A stretch of 64,000 nt of DNA from Paraspadella gotoi. Taxonomy: Eukaryota > Animalia > Chaetognatha. Where the stretch lies: contig CM119266.1 in NCBI GenBank assembly GCA_051294375.1, positions 16,031,384-16,095,383 on the forward strand, in the 5' to 3' direction. Positions 29,278 to 43,999 of the stretch are shown here, piece by piece. Positions within the stretch are counted from its first letter, which is position 1. Every line of letters starts with the position of its first letter. The position numbers were made by a program, and so were the translations under genes. A model generated the notes under the pieces. The model did no database searches. It was not told where the DNA came from and saw only the letters and a program-made list of their open reading frames with translations.

Positions 29278-29533
29278 TGAAGAGGCTGGTTTTACAGGCG
29301 CCACACCCACAGCGGTGTCACTCGTGGCAACGCGAGACAGCATGTTCATGTAGTCCAGAGCTTTGGATCTGGCAGTAGGCCCATGCTTACAGCGGGTTAC
29401 CCGGTCCATCCCACTTTCTACATGACAACCTCAGGGCTCGAACCAGGGACGCACATGGATGGTGCATTAGCACTGAGCCACTGAGGCGCTGTGAAAGTAC
29501 AGCTTAATCCATCTGTGGTGATAGGACCACCAG
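29278..29533 (-). mobile_element. Second assembled copy of the same SINE-like insertion, inside the 8.6-kb redundant block
   Basis: Same sequence and flanks as 20631-20886, so the same locus rather than an independent insertion. Confidence 0.75.
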
Positions 29534-31330
29534 AAGTTCTTCGTTACATAATATGACCATTATTTTTACTTTTTGGAGCCTACCTTCAATCCTTTTTTCA
29601 TCCGAAAATTGAAAACTGGATAAAAAAAAAAACCTTTGAAAGGCCGGCCGGGGTAAATTGAGATTTTTTTGATAAGATAAGAAAACTGAGGGAAAAAAAT
29701 TGTTTTAAAGAAGACTAATATTCTTTGTCGGTTTTTTTTTCGGTTACTTTCGGTTAAGTTTTTTATATTTCAATAGCGCGGTCTACGGACGACAGTTCAT
29801 AACTTTACAGTAATGGTTAAGAAATTTACTAGTCGCGCCGGAGTTTGGGAAGGTTGTGAGAGCCATTAGCCACCAAAAAACCAAATCGGCCATAATCTTC
29901 TTCTTTTTCGTTCTCGCCTCGTCGTCGTCGTCATTGTCGCGTCGTCACCGACTCCATTTCGAACCCATTTTCCCTCACTTTGTTCCATCCGCTTTTCGCC
30001 TTCTTCCAAGTTTACTTTGAACCCGCGGGCAGACGAGGTTGCGGCGGCGGCGGCGGTACGGCGGCAGCGGCGGCAGCGGCAGCGCAGCGGCAGCGACGGC
30101 GATTGCTACTCAACCCACTTGACCCGCTTCCACCCCATCCACTCCGCCACACGCGCTCTCCCTTTTTAACCCGTCTACGTGATTCTCCACTTCCGGGTTC
30201 CTTCCACTACGAAGGTCGACTGCGTCCTCGCGGTTCGTTGTGGGCGTGGGCTGAGTCGTGGGCTGAGGCGTGGGATGGGCGTGGGCGTTAGCTGGGACAT
30301 GTTTGTGGACGTGGGCGTATCATCCCAATCGTTTCTGGAGCCAATTCAAGTTTCAGTCTGAGTATACTCCTACGAGTAAAACACCAACTCTTGCACCACA
30401 TTTCACCTTACTAAAATGTATACAATCACTTTTTACTAATGCGCCCATCCTCACCTCACAGAATAACAAACTCTACCACCTTCAAGCGCCAGCATCAACA
30501 TCACCGGCGCGCCCCTCCTCGCCACTTTCTATCTCCCTCTCCTCTCGTCTCCTCTCACGAATCGAAGACGTTCACGTCACTCGTTGTAGCCGCTCGTCAC
30601 CGCCTCTCATCAACTGAGCAAATATACGAGAAAAATCTGCCCCCGCAACGACGACGACGAGAACGACGACGAGAACGACGACCAAGTTGAATACGATGAC
30701 AATAATTAATTAGCAAGGATGGCTTGTGTGAAAATTTTTACTATCATGAGTGTTAATTTCAATTAATGTCGAAAGGGTAGTTGGGCAAAAGTGACCAGAT
30801 GAACTTGATAAAAATAGAAAAAAAAACATACCGTTTATAATATAAACATTAACAGGAAATAATAGCATAAACTTATTAATAAAATAAGCACTAATGGACC
30901 AAAACTTTTAAAGCCGAAAACGATGACTTTGTCAGTCTTCGAAGATGACAATGGGACGACGACGAGGACGACGACGACAGAACTTTTTAACCTTCGTGAA
31001 AGTTGTTTAACTTGTCTCTCCCTCTTTCTCTGGTTAAAAGATGAGAACGTGAGGATTTCTCGTGAGTTTCACTCGCTTGTCCGCCTTCCCGTTCTTCCTG
31101 CCCGAGCTTTCTATTTCGTCCTTGAAAAAAAAATGATTTCAGTCAAAACTTTGATGGACAACGTGAGTAGCTGTTTACCTGGAAATTTATCGTTAATTTT
31201 AAAAGCCTAATATTGAGGATTAACTTTTGGTAATTAAATAATTTTAAGCAATCGAAGCTTTTGAGTTTTATAAACTAAAAAAAACTAAATTCCTAGAATT
31301 TTATCCAAAGGCTATTTCCCTTGTTCCTCC

Positions 31331-31400
<70 letters not shown>

Positions 31401-31600
31401 GCTTTCGCTCACGATCAGGTGGCGAAGTAAAAGTTTAAAGAATAAGTGGATAAAAGAAAGAGATTGAGAAAGAGAAAAAGTGGAGAAAGAGAAAGTAAAT
31501 TGAAATCTTCTTGGGTGGCGGCCGCCGCTTCAATCACGCGAACCAGGTTTTTGATGAAAAAATAATGGGGAAGGAGATGCGTGGGGAAAGAGGGTGGGGA

Positions 31601-31699
<99 letters not shown>

Positions 31700-32772
31700 A
31701 AGAGAGAGAGAGAGAGAAAGAAAGCCTAACAGCAATGCTACTAATAAAGCCGTTAGAGCCTATCATTAAGTAGCATTCTGGCAATGAAAACAAATAAGGA
31801 AACAAAAGAAGAAAACAACAAAATAAAGCGAATGTAAAGAACGACGGGAACGACGGGAATCGAAAGAGAGACGAATGAAGTTGGCGATCGATTCGAAGGT
31901 CGGGCGCCAGTCGTTGTTGTTGTTCGTCGTTGTCGTCGTCCAGGCATTGAACCGTGCAGATTCGACCCGGAAAAAAAAAAACCTGGGCCCTCGAATCGTC
32001 GACCTCGAACCCCAGGAGTGTCGACCTCGTTGCTCGAAGCCTCAATGAGTTTCGCTTGGAAAAGTCAGAGTTGACAAATGGTTCCGCCCCCTTTTTTTTC
32101 GAGAGGCTCTCTCGATTGTCGAAGCTCTCGACGCGACCGAAGGAATGAACAAAGTATCAACGAAAGTAGACAGAGTTGAAGGATTTTCAAAGAGTGGCTA
32201 TAGTTCTTATGCGATAGGGTCGTTCTTGCTAATGTCAGCTTGTTACATCGTAGTCTTCTTGGCTAATTTAATAATGAATATATATAAAGTTTATATATCT
32301 TACGTTGATAAAATAGACGAGTTTTCAACCTAAGGTGGCAAAAAATAATGAATTAAAAGAAGGGAAAAAAAGAGTTTTTAAAAACGCATCTTGTCAATAT
32401 CTCAGCTTCAACTCTTCATTCTTTTCTCCCCAAATTTTGTAAACAAACGACTGAATTTGTTTACGACGATTATCAATACTTTCCTTCGCTCTTGACTCGA
32501 GAGGGAGCGACGTATTTCGAACCAACGAAGGAAAAAAAAAAGTAAAAGTGGATATTTTCACTCTGACGTTTGTTTACCTTTTGTTCTTGAAAAAGTTCTT
32601 CACGTGAAATCACCCGAGAGCTCGAGCGACGACGATGATGACGACGATGACGACGATCGGTCGACGATGGTGATTAGCCGATTTACGTCACCATAGAGAC
32701 AACGATGAAAGCTTGTTCGCTCGCTCTCTCTCTCTGCTTTCTTCTGGTATTCGTCACTCTTTCTCTCTCTCT

Positions 32773-32860
<88 letters not shown>

Positions 32861-33897
32861 CACACCTTTTCCTTTTGTTTTTCCCGTTCATTCCCGCCAG
32901 GCGTCGCCGTTCGTCTAGACGATATCTCGATGCTCTTTTGTTTCCCTTCAATGTTTACGCCATCGTCGTCTCGCCACTTGGCGACGTCGTCGTCGTAATC
33001 GTCGCCGACGACTTAACGGTCTCTTCTCGGAATGAGAGTCCCTCTATCGGAGGGAGAAAACATTCTTCAAGGTGCTTCTCGTAAAATGATATCGCGAGAC
33101 TGAGGTAATTAAAAAAACAAAGGAGCATCCACCTTCTGGGTTTTTCTCATTAAGAATTTTTATTTCCGTCACAGGCGCCCGTTAATTCCGAAGCGAGTCG
33201 AGAATGTGTTAGATGTTGATAGGTTCATTTACACGACTTTACTTAGTTGTAGCGTTCTAGGGTTTAACGTAAATGTTAATATAATAGAAAAAAATACAAA
33301 CTCCACGTTACGTTTCTACAACAAAGATTCACTCTGCCGTTGATAATTTTATACTCTCTCCGTCCATCCCGCGTCTCGCCATTTTTCAAGCGTTAATATG
33401 AAAAGCTAAAAGGTCAGTCTCTTGGGTGTCCCACCATTGGTCACCGCCTTTCTGGCAATCGACCATCGCCGCCCGCCTAATGGTACCGCGTCGTTCTAAA
33501 GAAAATCTATCGATAGATGGGGATCGATGAAAGTAAGCTGGATGGTATTTAAAGATGCGAAACGAACCGAGGGGAAGAGGCCTCTAGCGGAGACTGAGTG
33601 AAAAATTGTACAAAGTCAAAGACCAAAAGTAATATCGAACGTTCGAATTAGGGTCGATTTCTGTAGCAAATTAGAAAAAAAAATAATCTAATTATATTTT
33701 CGGTGTACGTAAACCGACTTACTAAAGTTTAATTAAGCCTGAGAAATCAATTCTTTTCTGAGAATGCTAAAGTTGAAAAAAAGAATATATTCTCCCGCCC
33801 GTGACCTTTCCATCCGCCTATCACCTCTCCTGATCGCATCTTTCTTTTTATCAACCGCATCTATACCGTTCTTTCCCTCCTCCGTCTTAATTTCGCT

Positions 33898-33935
<38 letters not shown>

Positions 33936-34107
33936 AGCTTCATAAAGAAAGAAAGAAAAAAAAATGAATTTCTTCTCGGTCATAACTGACCATAAGCTTT
34001 TCTTTAGCCGTTGATGACGGAGGCTAAAAAGGTCAAGAAAATCTTCGCTGGGCGACGAGAGGCGAAGTTGCGGCTGCGGGGGAACAAAGAATAGAAAGAG
34101 AGAGACA

Positions 34108-34155
<48 letters not shown>

Positions 34156-34639
34156 AAAGAAAAAGAAAGAAAAGAAAAGAAAGAAAAGAAAGAAAAAGAA
34201 AAGAAAAGAAAAGAAGAAAAAAAGAAAGAAAGAAAAGAAAAGAAAAGAAAGAAAAGAAAAAAAGAAAAAAAAAAAAAGAAAGTACCGAAAAAATGTAAAG
34301 AAGCGGCTCAGGTGGAATTAGGATTTGCTTCGGCCTCATCAGGGTGGGCGTGGCCGAGGAATCGCCGTCATCAATATGCAAATGAATTTTTATGAAGGTA
34401 CAGGTCGTCGTTGCATCGTCGGGAAGCTGAGGCGGTGACATCTAAGAATAAATCCAACAATCTTTGTTTACTGTTTAGGAAGGAGAACTTAAAATTTATT
34501 TAAAATTAAGTCTTAAAAGAGAAGAAAACATTTAAGGCAACTCTAATCCTAACGCAACGTTGGCCCAAGGTAAGTTAACTAATCAACGTCATGATGGGCG
34601 GGTCGTAAATATTTCGCATCTCATAACTCTCGCTCCTCC

Positions 34640-34725
<86 letters not shown>

Positions 34726-35491
34726 CTCTCTCTGTCCGGCACCTGGCTACCCTCATCCCACTGCATCTCCCGCAATGCCCTCATCCCACTGCATCTCCCG
34801 CAATGCCCATTGTCCGGAATTTGATCTAATTATCTCCTTGACGGGCGAAGACTCATTTCTCGACATCATTATTCATGGCATCTGTCTCATTTCCTCAATC
34901 CCTTTTCCTCTTTCAAGACTTAAAAGCTACATACTTACAGTTATATGCATTCATACGTACAATTTTGAGTAGTTTTTTAAATTATTCTTGCAAAAATTTC
35001 ACTTTTTCTATGTTCAGACGATACCCTATAATAATTAAAGAAAATTAGGAACCGAGGTGACATATTTTATGCTCTTTATGCTCTCATTTTTTCCCCTTCC
35101 TTTTTCTTTCCTTCTTCTGTTCTCATCTCATCTTCCTCCTTCCTCCATATGTCTCTGTCGAAGTGTCATCCTCGGGTTCGAAGGATTGGGTGAAGGGTCC
35201 GTCTGTCCGTGTGTCCGTGATTCGTGCGGTCAAAAAGATTTGGGTGTTGGGGAATCGGGAATCGAGTTTCGGTAAGAAGTTTGACCAATTTATTCGCTTC
35301 CTTCTTCTGATGCTGGCTTTTAAAGCTCGGACAGAGATCCCGCTAGGGGGGCGGTTGCAAAAAAAAAGAAAAGAAAAATATTCCGTACTGATTCAGGGTT
35401 AAAGTATTTCGGTAAGTATTTAGGTATTTGTATTTGTATGTTACAAATTCTTAAAATTTCTTTCTTTCTCTTTCTTCCTCTTTTGTTCCTC

Positions 35492-35573
<82 letters not shown>

Positions 35574-37799
35574 CTATTTCCCCCCTCGTCCCATGATTTC
35601 CTTCCCTACCCCACTCGCTCTCATTCTCTTCAGTCTGACCCTCTCTCCCTCCTAATATTCCCTCCTCATTCTGGAATCCAATTTCTATCCTATTTTCTTT
35701 GTCCCGAGTACGAAGATGACGGGTCGAGTTCTGACCGACCACCTGTGACCGACCAGATTGAACCGACGTCCAGACACTTTACAATTCCCCCCCAAAAANN
35801 NNNNNNNNNNNNNNNNNNNNNNNAAAAAAAAAGTTGGGGAGAAAATTCAGTTCAATCGTTGTAATGCGTTTTCAAACTCAATCTTTGAAGACGCTCGTGT
35901 ATCGTTCAGAGGAAAGATTGACGTGAATAGAGCAAGCTCCGCTGACCACAGCTGTGCGAAGCTCATCAGATCGTCCGAAAAGGAAAAGCCAGAAAAGAAA
36001 AAAAAAATCGTCATTGGCGCCACTTGAGTCAAAAAACCGGTGGTGAAGTGGTAGGGGGCGATGGGTGGTGATGGTAAAAGGTGGGAAAGACAAGAATGAG
36101 GTTTAGAGGTTAAAGAGGAAATGGTAACGAATGCGGAGGCGGAGAAAAACTGACCAACGGGGAACGCGGGTCATTTCCGAGACTCGTGCGAAACCTTTTT
36201 TTTTTTCGTGGCGACGATTTTCGTCGTCGCCGCGGGGGAGACGATGGTGACTCGACGATCGGCGCCGTTTAGAGGCGGCGACGATAGATGCCCGACGGCG
36301 ACGACGACGACGACGGCGACGACGACGAAAACGCACCGTCCTTGGCATCTGTTTCCGATCGCCACGCGTCTCCTCGATTTGCGTTGTTTTTGTTCGTTGG
36401 GGTGAGAAAGGGGGGCGAGGGGAAGAGGGAAGGGGAGACTGAAAAGAAGAGAAAGAGAGATGAAAGGATTATTCTCGAGTCGGTGGTCAAAAGAAAGTGT
36501 TTGTCGAAGGGGCGGCCGGGGGGGGGGAGGTTTGGTGGACGGTTGTCGGAGAAAGGGAGGTCAAGAATGTAGGGCGACTCGGGGCGCGCGGCCGGAAAGG
36601 GTCGCGAGGATCGCGGCGAGCGGTGAGAGCGAGAACGAGACAGTCATGGGAACCATAGAGTCGCACGGACGGCTGACCGTCGAGTCGTGATGAAATCCGA
36701 GTAGTTTAGGATATTCGAGGCGTTTATGACATTTTTAAATTAAAGAAACGAAGGCATTGACGATCAAAAATGCTATTTCTGTATAAATTACGACGTAAAC
36801 TTACCTACAAAAAACAATTGTATTTATGATTAAGGCAAGAAAAGCAATCGTGATGCATGCAATGCAAGAATAAGCAATAAAGACTGAATTAAATCGAGGA
36901 CAACAACTGATTCATCGCTGAACTAAAAATTATGGAGACGAAAGTGAAATCGCGAATTCGGATCACGAAATGTGGAAAGTCGACCTCACAAAGACTAATT
37001 CAGGCCGCAAAAAAAAAAAAAGAAGCTACCGACGCTTTTGATCGTGATTTGCGTCTGCAATGAATAGCGCCGAGGCAAAGATAGAAGTGGCTCAGGACTT
37101 TAAGGCCAAGAAGACTGAGGCTTAAATTGGCAATGACGATATCAATGTCTAAAAATATATCTTATTTTGATTTTTAAACCAAATCTATTTTCTAGAGAGA
37201 TGTACATAAAAGGGACGAGTCGATGAAGGAACTGAAGACTCGCAATTGCAATTGCAAATGCGACCGCGCCGGCGATGAGGATGAATCGGCGATGCGACCT
37301 CTTTGGCGCGGACACCGCGTTGCCGCCGTTGCCCGTTTCCCAAATGCCCGTCGCGTCCGTCCTGCTCGTCGCGTGTCTGCGCCCGACATTCCTCATTGGT
37401 CAGTCAAAGTCGAAAGATCTCAAAATCGGACGATTACGTAACAACGATTGAGATAGAAAATCCGTTACTCGATACATTCCTGAAAATTAAAGATGGAAAA
37501 ACGATCGAAGAAAAAAAGAAAGATGCCTCTTGTTTGTTTATTTTATGGCGGGAAAAAGGAAGAGAGAATGAATGGGGTTGGGTGGTTTGGCGGAAGATTG
37601 GACGTGGGGGAACGAAGAGTTGGAGAGACAAAAAAGGGGGACATCTGTCGGTCAAATGGAAAGAAATGGGGCGTGACGAAAAACCATTTTCTTTTCCTAT
37701 GAATAATTATGTTCGTTTTTTTTTTCTCCAACGATTTCGATTCTTTCCTTAGTCTGTGACAACGGGATTGCCTCGGGTCACTAACTGTATTGTCTCTCA

Positions 37800-37921
<122 letters not shown>

Positions 37922-39440
37922 AAGATTATCTCTATTCTCTCATTTGTTCTGGATCTCGTTGTGTGGCCGCGTGATTCGTGTAAATTAAAAAAAAACTTTT
38001 TTTTTTATCTTCAATATCTTTTTATCTTTTCTTTACTTTCCAAAGTCATGAATCAGGTCGAGATGTAAATAAATATAAATAAAACCATGAAGATGCGTTC
38101 GCATAATAGACTAAGACAACAATTTCCTTAATTGTCATTGATTTTCAAGTTCAACGTGAACGAATTAATTAAATTTTTTTTTAGCGTCTGCGTTTGATCG
38201 CCAGCAAATTGTGTGGAAGAGGTTTAAAAAAAAAATTTAAAATTAAAAAACAGATGTTAGCGAAGTTGTGAGAAGTGAAGATGCCTCACAGGTTGAGAGG
38301 GAAGTTTATTAACAGACTCTCTCTCTCTCCCTCTCACTCTCTCTCTCTCTCGCGAGTTTGATTTCCGTTGAGAATTTCATTTTTTTCTGTTGTGAGAATT
38401 CCCTGCCCTTCTCAGTGCCCAGTCCCCAGACCTCAGCCCCCTGTTCACACTGTCCAAAGCCCCCTCCCCGCCCCCCTCTAATCAAGACATTTCTTGTATT
38501 TTTTTAGCCACTCGTGCGGTTTTATATTTTTTTTAACTCGCGATCTCTGTTTTTATGCTTTTTTATTTTTGGCGAATAATTTAATTCGTTTGGTGACGAC
38601 TAGGACTCGTCAAACTCTCAAGGCGACGCGACCAATACACTTCAACACCTTCACTACGGCCGGCGTTAGCGCCTGCCGCCCCCCCCGCCGCCCGCTGCGC
38701 CCTGTCGAGCCCGCCGTCCACCCGTCCATGTCGCACTGCTGCCCCACCGCCCCGCCGTCCCGCTGCCCTGTTCGCCCTGCCGCCCCACCGCCATCGCCCA
38801 CTGCTTACCGCCGACCTCCGCCCTGCCGACCGCCGACCTGCCCGCCGGACACCAGCGCCTTCCTTTATTAGCTCGAGGCATTTTGTTCCGTTTTTTATAC
38901 TCTTATATTCAGTTCTAACAGGTTGTTTTTTCTTGTGTTTTCGTTTAAGTTTAGCAGACGAAACGAATGATTGTGTGTCACAGAGATCGGTTATTCTGAA
39001 TACGATTTGTGTAAAAAAAATTCGTGATTTGTTTAAGAGTAAACCAACAATAATGCGTACTGTGACTAATTAACTTTTTAGTACGATTAACGATAATGGC
39101 TTTAAAACAACAATTTTTTTTCAAATGGAATTAAAAAGATTTAAAAAAAAAAGATCACTCCCAGCAATCGCTTTAGGAATCGAAAGGGCGTGAAGTCGTG
39201 AAAAAAATCTCGATACCTCCGGGATACCTGGTTGATTGAGACGCTCGAGGCTTCAACATCTCGACGAGGTGGTCTCGGATCTTCCAATTCGCCTTCATCA
39301 TGAATTACCGCCGCGCCAGATCCCTCCCATCATTTAGTCAATGCCCACCTCCACGAGGCCCTCCGAGCACTCTAAATAATTGGTTTTAGATTGACCCCAC
39401 AGATAGTAGACTCGTTAAAAGGTGCGTGTATGAAGCGAAG

Positions 39441-39541
<101 letters not shown>

Positions 39542-40117
39542 ATTCGATAACAAAGAGGAAATTTGTCAGCGAAACCTCTTAACCTCTTGCAACTTTCCAC
39601 AGTCATTCCGCTCCCACACTCCATTCAAAAGTATTCACTTTCCGACTTCCACACCCACCATTCAACCGCTCGCCCTCTCCGCCAATCAAACAGGCTTCAC
39701 CGAAGGCCCTACCCTCCAATCAACGCGCGCCCTCTCCAGCCCCAGCCCCATCCATCACTCGGCACCTGGCCCGTTTTCAATTCGCCTAAAAAATTCGCGG
39801 TTTTCTTCGTCGCCGCCGTCGGCGCCACCGAAGCTGCCGGCGCCAAAGAAAGCCGCGCCCGACGCCGGTTTAACAGGCGCCGGGAAAAAGCGCCGCCTTA
39901 TTTGGGACAATTATTCAAAATTCCGTCTCTCGCAGCTGAGACGTCGGATGAGGAGGTTGCNNNNNNNNNNNNNNNNNNNNNNNNNNNNNNNNNNNNNNNN
40001 NNNNNNNNNNNNNNNNNNNNNNNNNNNNNNNNNNNNNNNNNNNNNNNNNNNNNNNNNNNNNNNNNNNNNNNNNNNNNNNNNNNNNNNNNNNNNNNNNNNN
40101 NNNNNNNNNNNNNNNNN

Positions 40118-40148
<31 letters not shown>

Positions 40149-40583
40149 CGTGGCGCCCAAAGTCGGAGGCGTGTCGCCGAAAGTCAGGCGCCGAAAAAGA
40201 AAATTCAAGGGAAACAAACGAAGAAAAAATAAACTTTTTTTCTTGAGGTAAGTGTAGGAAGAAGAAGAGTTTAGTCACAAACATTAAAATTCAAATTATA
40301 TATTATTATAATTAATAAATTATTATTACGTCTTTATTGAACATATGTTTCAAGTTTTGAGGACAACAATTAATGCGATTGATAAGATAGGAGAAAAGAG
40401 CTGCGAGCAAAGCGTGTCAGGTAGATGGTGAAAAAAAATAAAGAGTCAGCAGATGAGAACGTAATTTTTAATTAAAAAACAACAAAAAATCAGAGAAAAC
40501 AAAACACCCGAATCCAGCATTTTGAATTCACCGGGAATCGTCTTATGTTTCAAACGAAGAACGGCATCGGTAAATAGGATCGA

Positions 40584-40676
<93 letters not shown>

Positions 40677-41120
40677 GATCTCATACCTGCATGATTCCCG
40701 CCCTTCCCAATTCGTTAATCCAATTAATCATTTTCTGTTTTATTTTCTGTTTTATTTTTTCTCTCGTTTCACTTTCTCACGTCAGAAAGGAGAAAATGCA
40801 GATATTAAACCCTCGATTTTCGAAAGACCACCGATATAAAGAAATACGCGTTGTTAATTGATTAATTAAAACAATTAATGCGAGAAGCCGCACGAAGGCG
40901 TTTTTGGCCCTGTAATTACGCTTTTCGAGTCGGCGTGCATGACACACAAAATGGAGAAAAGGCCAATTTATTAATCGAAATAAGAAACTAAAAAAAATGC
41001 ATTTGAACGTTCGAGCAATTATTAAAAAAGACATAAAAATAAAAACCACCTAAAACACATGACATTTCTACGTGCAAGATAATACAATTTGGTTTCGAGA
41101 GAGTCATTCTACAGAGTCAT

Positions 41121-43999
41121 TCAACAAACAGCACCCGCTACACCGACTTCCCCCACTCCACCCACTGCACCAGCTACAGTGACCCCAGCGACCCCAGCGA
41201 GATGAGCCTTCGAGACGTCGACGAGGAACTGGAGCTGCGAGGCGTCGACGACGAAGTTGGGGTTCGATTCGCGGACGGAGAGAGCGGCCCATGCCACGTG
41301 GAGCGATTGGTGAACGACGGCCTTCTCGAGGAGGTTGCAGCAGGCGAGGAAGAGACCTGGTGCAGAGGTTAGGTCAGGGGAGGAGAGTCTTAGAAACCGG
41401 CACTTCTCTTACCATTTATTTTAAGCTCATCGTAATAATTTTATTAAATATTAATTCTTAGCCACAATATTTTACTTTTCCTTCGCTTTTCCACCAAGAA
41501 AGACCACCTCGTCTTCACCTGTTTTCTTAGCGCCGTCGAGACAGTGGACCGCCGTCCGTTGGCGCCGCGACCGAATCCTTTCGAAAATGGCGATGGTGGA
41601 AGCGGTGTGGTTCGGGACGTAGGATTCCTCGGGCCAGTCCATCATCTAGATCAAGGAAATGAAAAGGGATTTTAGTTTTCTTTTGTTTATTTAATAATTT
41701 AATATTTAAAACTTAATTATTAACACTACGTCACCTGCAGCAGCGTGACGGTCCTCACGTCCTCCGAATCCGGCTGGTCGTCGATGCGGAATTCCTTGGA
41801 GGCGTCGACGACGCGTAGTTTGAGGTCGACCGAGGTCACGTGACCGGATGTCGACTCCGCGATGAACTCGAGCCGCAGAGGCGCCATCTGCTCGCCGGCG
41901 CAGGAGGCGGGGCGCCAATAAGGCGGAGCCGTTTCGCCTGTTTTTTTTTTTTTATTTCGTTAATTAAATTCTTTTCTTTTTAAATTATCGAAATTTTTTT
42001 TTTTTTTTGGCTCCGAGCGACTATAAAAATCAATTAATTTCGTCACCCTCTGAGTTGAGCATGACGATGACGCCGATGCCCTGATCCCAAACGAGTTTCC
42101 AAAAATCGCCAACGGATCCCGATAAAGGCGCCTGAGTCGCCACGTAGCTGAGTGACGAAGCGAGATCTTTTGTTTGCAATTTCCTTTCGTCAAAGTTGGA
42201 ACAATATGCGTAGCGTTCCGAGAAAGACTTACTTTTCTTTCATGCAGTAACTGTCGACGTAACAGGCGTGGACTAGGAAATCTGAGACGAAAATTTTTAA
42301 GGAAGTTTGAGGTAAAAGGTTTGAAGGAGTTTGCTCGTTTAATCGCTGAAAAAATTTTTCTCACCGAACTGAGGATTTTCCAGACGAACCAAACTTTTGT
42401 CCGAAGGAAATGGCCCCTGAATCGATCGGAATAATTTATCATTATCTCTCTATTTTATCACGGGCGATGTTATCGTTATGATGTAAATAAATCGATGTTC
42501 GAGCACCTGTCTGAATCTACTCTTCGATCTGTGTTTGTAACTGACGGACGTCGTGGAATTTCGCGAAATCTTCATTCTCCATCTTTCAAGGATGTTGAAC
42601 GTTTCGTCGGCAACGAGGCTACACTCTAAAAAAAAAAAAAATATCAAAATATTTTGTTGAGGTTTTTAATCAAGAAATGAGTAAATAGAAAAAAAAACCA
42701 ATCAGTCAATCTTCTCACTCTCGGCGGCGTCGACATCCTTCACGTGAACCTCTTTCAACTCCGGCGTGCAGAGCATCACGAACGTTTCGTGAATAAATTT
42801 GTACTGTTCAAGATTCTGGACCTGTTTGTGGGGGGAAAAAAACTAAATGTTTATTTTCAATTTTGAACAGATATAACCTTTAACTTCGGGAAATATTCTC
42901 CACACCATCTTCATCCTTTTCCTCCTCATTTGCTCAACGCATCTGTAGACGTCGACGGTCATTTGTTCTTCTGATTCGTCGATCAAATTCCAGATGGCGA
43001 TGAAGGTCCCCGTCCGACCGACGCCTGAGGGAAGAGGAGAAGAGGAATCGTCGAACGTCGACCTTCTCATAAAGACCAAACATCCATGGACTTTTATTTC
43101 AGTTATTTCCGTTTCTGTTTTGGCTTTCTCGGTTCGTTTTCTTGTTTTTCAACGTTTTATTTATTATTCATTTTTTTACCTGCGCTGCAATGAACGAGGA
43201 TCGGGGAGTCAGCCTCGTCTTTTTGCATGGACCTCACCAAAGTGACGAAGGAAGACATTCCGATCGGTAAGGTGGGCACGCCTTCGAAACGTATTCACAC
43301 AAGAATTAAAAATGAACAACGTGATTAGACATTTTCATGTCGAGGTTATCATGCCAATACCGTGATCCGGCCACGTGGTGAACTGAATCTGTTTCAGAGA
43401 TCGATTCTCTCCGCGACCCTTTTTCACGGAAAATCGTCTCAGCACGAAATTGGCAAAAACTTCCTCTTCTTCGAATATCACTTTCACTTTGCCTGAGTAA
43501 ATAAATTATTTCGAAAAAAATTAATTTCGAAAAGAAACAAAAATAAAATTAATTAATTGGTCGGTTCACCAATCACCGTAAAAGGTAGCGTCTCCCACTT
43601 TTATCGGCCAGTATCTCTCGACCTTTTTCCTTTTGTCCTCGAACAAGTTGGCCAGCATGACGATGAAATTGACTTTTTCCTGCCAAATCATCCGCCAGAA
43701 ATGGTCGAGAGTTCGAGTCAGCGGGCCTGGAGGAAAGACGACGTTGTGGCAGTTATTAAAGAGACGTTCTAAAATAAGCTTGATATCTAATATTTAATGT
43801 TTATAAAAATCCGATTGGCTACTCGGCTCAGACTCACCCTGCGAGGCGATGAATGCGTTTTCTCCTCGAAATCCGTCGATGAAGTTGGCGTTGATGTAGT
43901 CGGACTGAAGGGCGTCGATGTCGTCGTGGTCGTCGGCTTCGACGATGAGGTTGACGCGACTCTCGTCGTAGGGGAGAATGTCTTGGTAGCGATTTCGGT
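41121..43999 (-). CDS. Receptor-type protein tyrosine phosphatase, cytoplasmic tandem PTP domains D1+D2 (13 exons: 43999-43838, 43726-43577, 43492-43361, 43281-43180, 43024-42906, 42821-42719, 42625-42507, 42416-42365, 42281-42233, 42147-42047, 41937-41735, 41645-41519, 41356-41121)
   Basis: Spliced by hand; all junctions are GT-AG with consistent phases. D1: [67 protein letters not shown]2: [36 protein letters not shown]. Stop TGA at 41121-41123. Confidence 0.95.

Larger units (their letters stand above)
18190..35460 (+). repeat. Tandem direct duplication, period ~8648 bp (18190-26837 and 26838-~35460); each unit begins with a copy of ~4895-10603
   Basis: Identical ORF translations are offset by 8648 (18730/27378, 25116/33764). 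Both units begin with GAGAGACTTTTATTTCGCAGGACCGG. Confidence 0.95.

Noticed and set aside
18190-35460. Large transposon, LTR element or endogenous virus explaining the 8.6-kb repeats
   Set aside because: No transposase, RT, integrase or capsid ORFs, no TIRs or TSDs; the content is ordinary flanking DNA.
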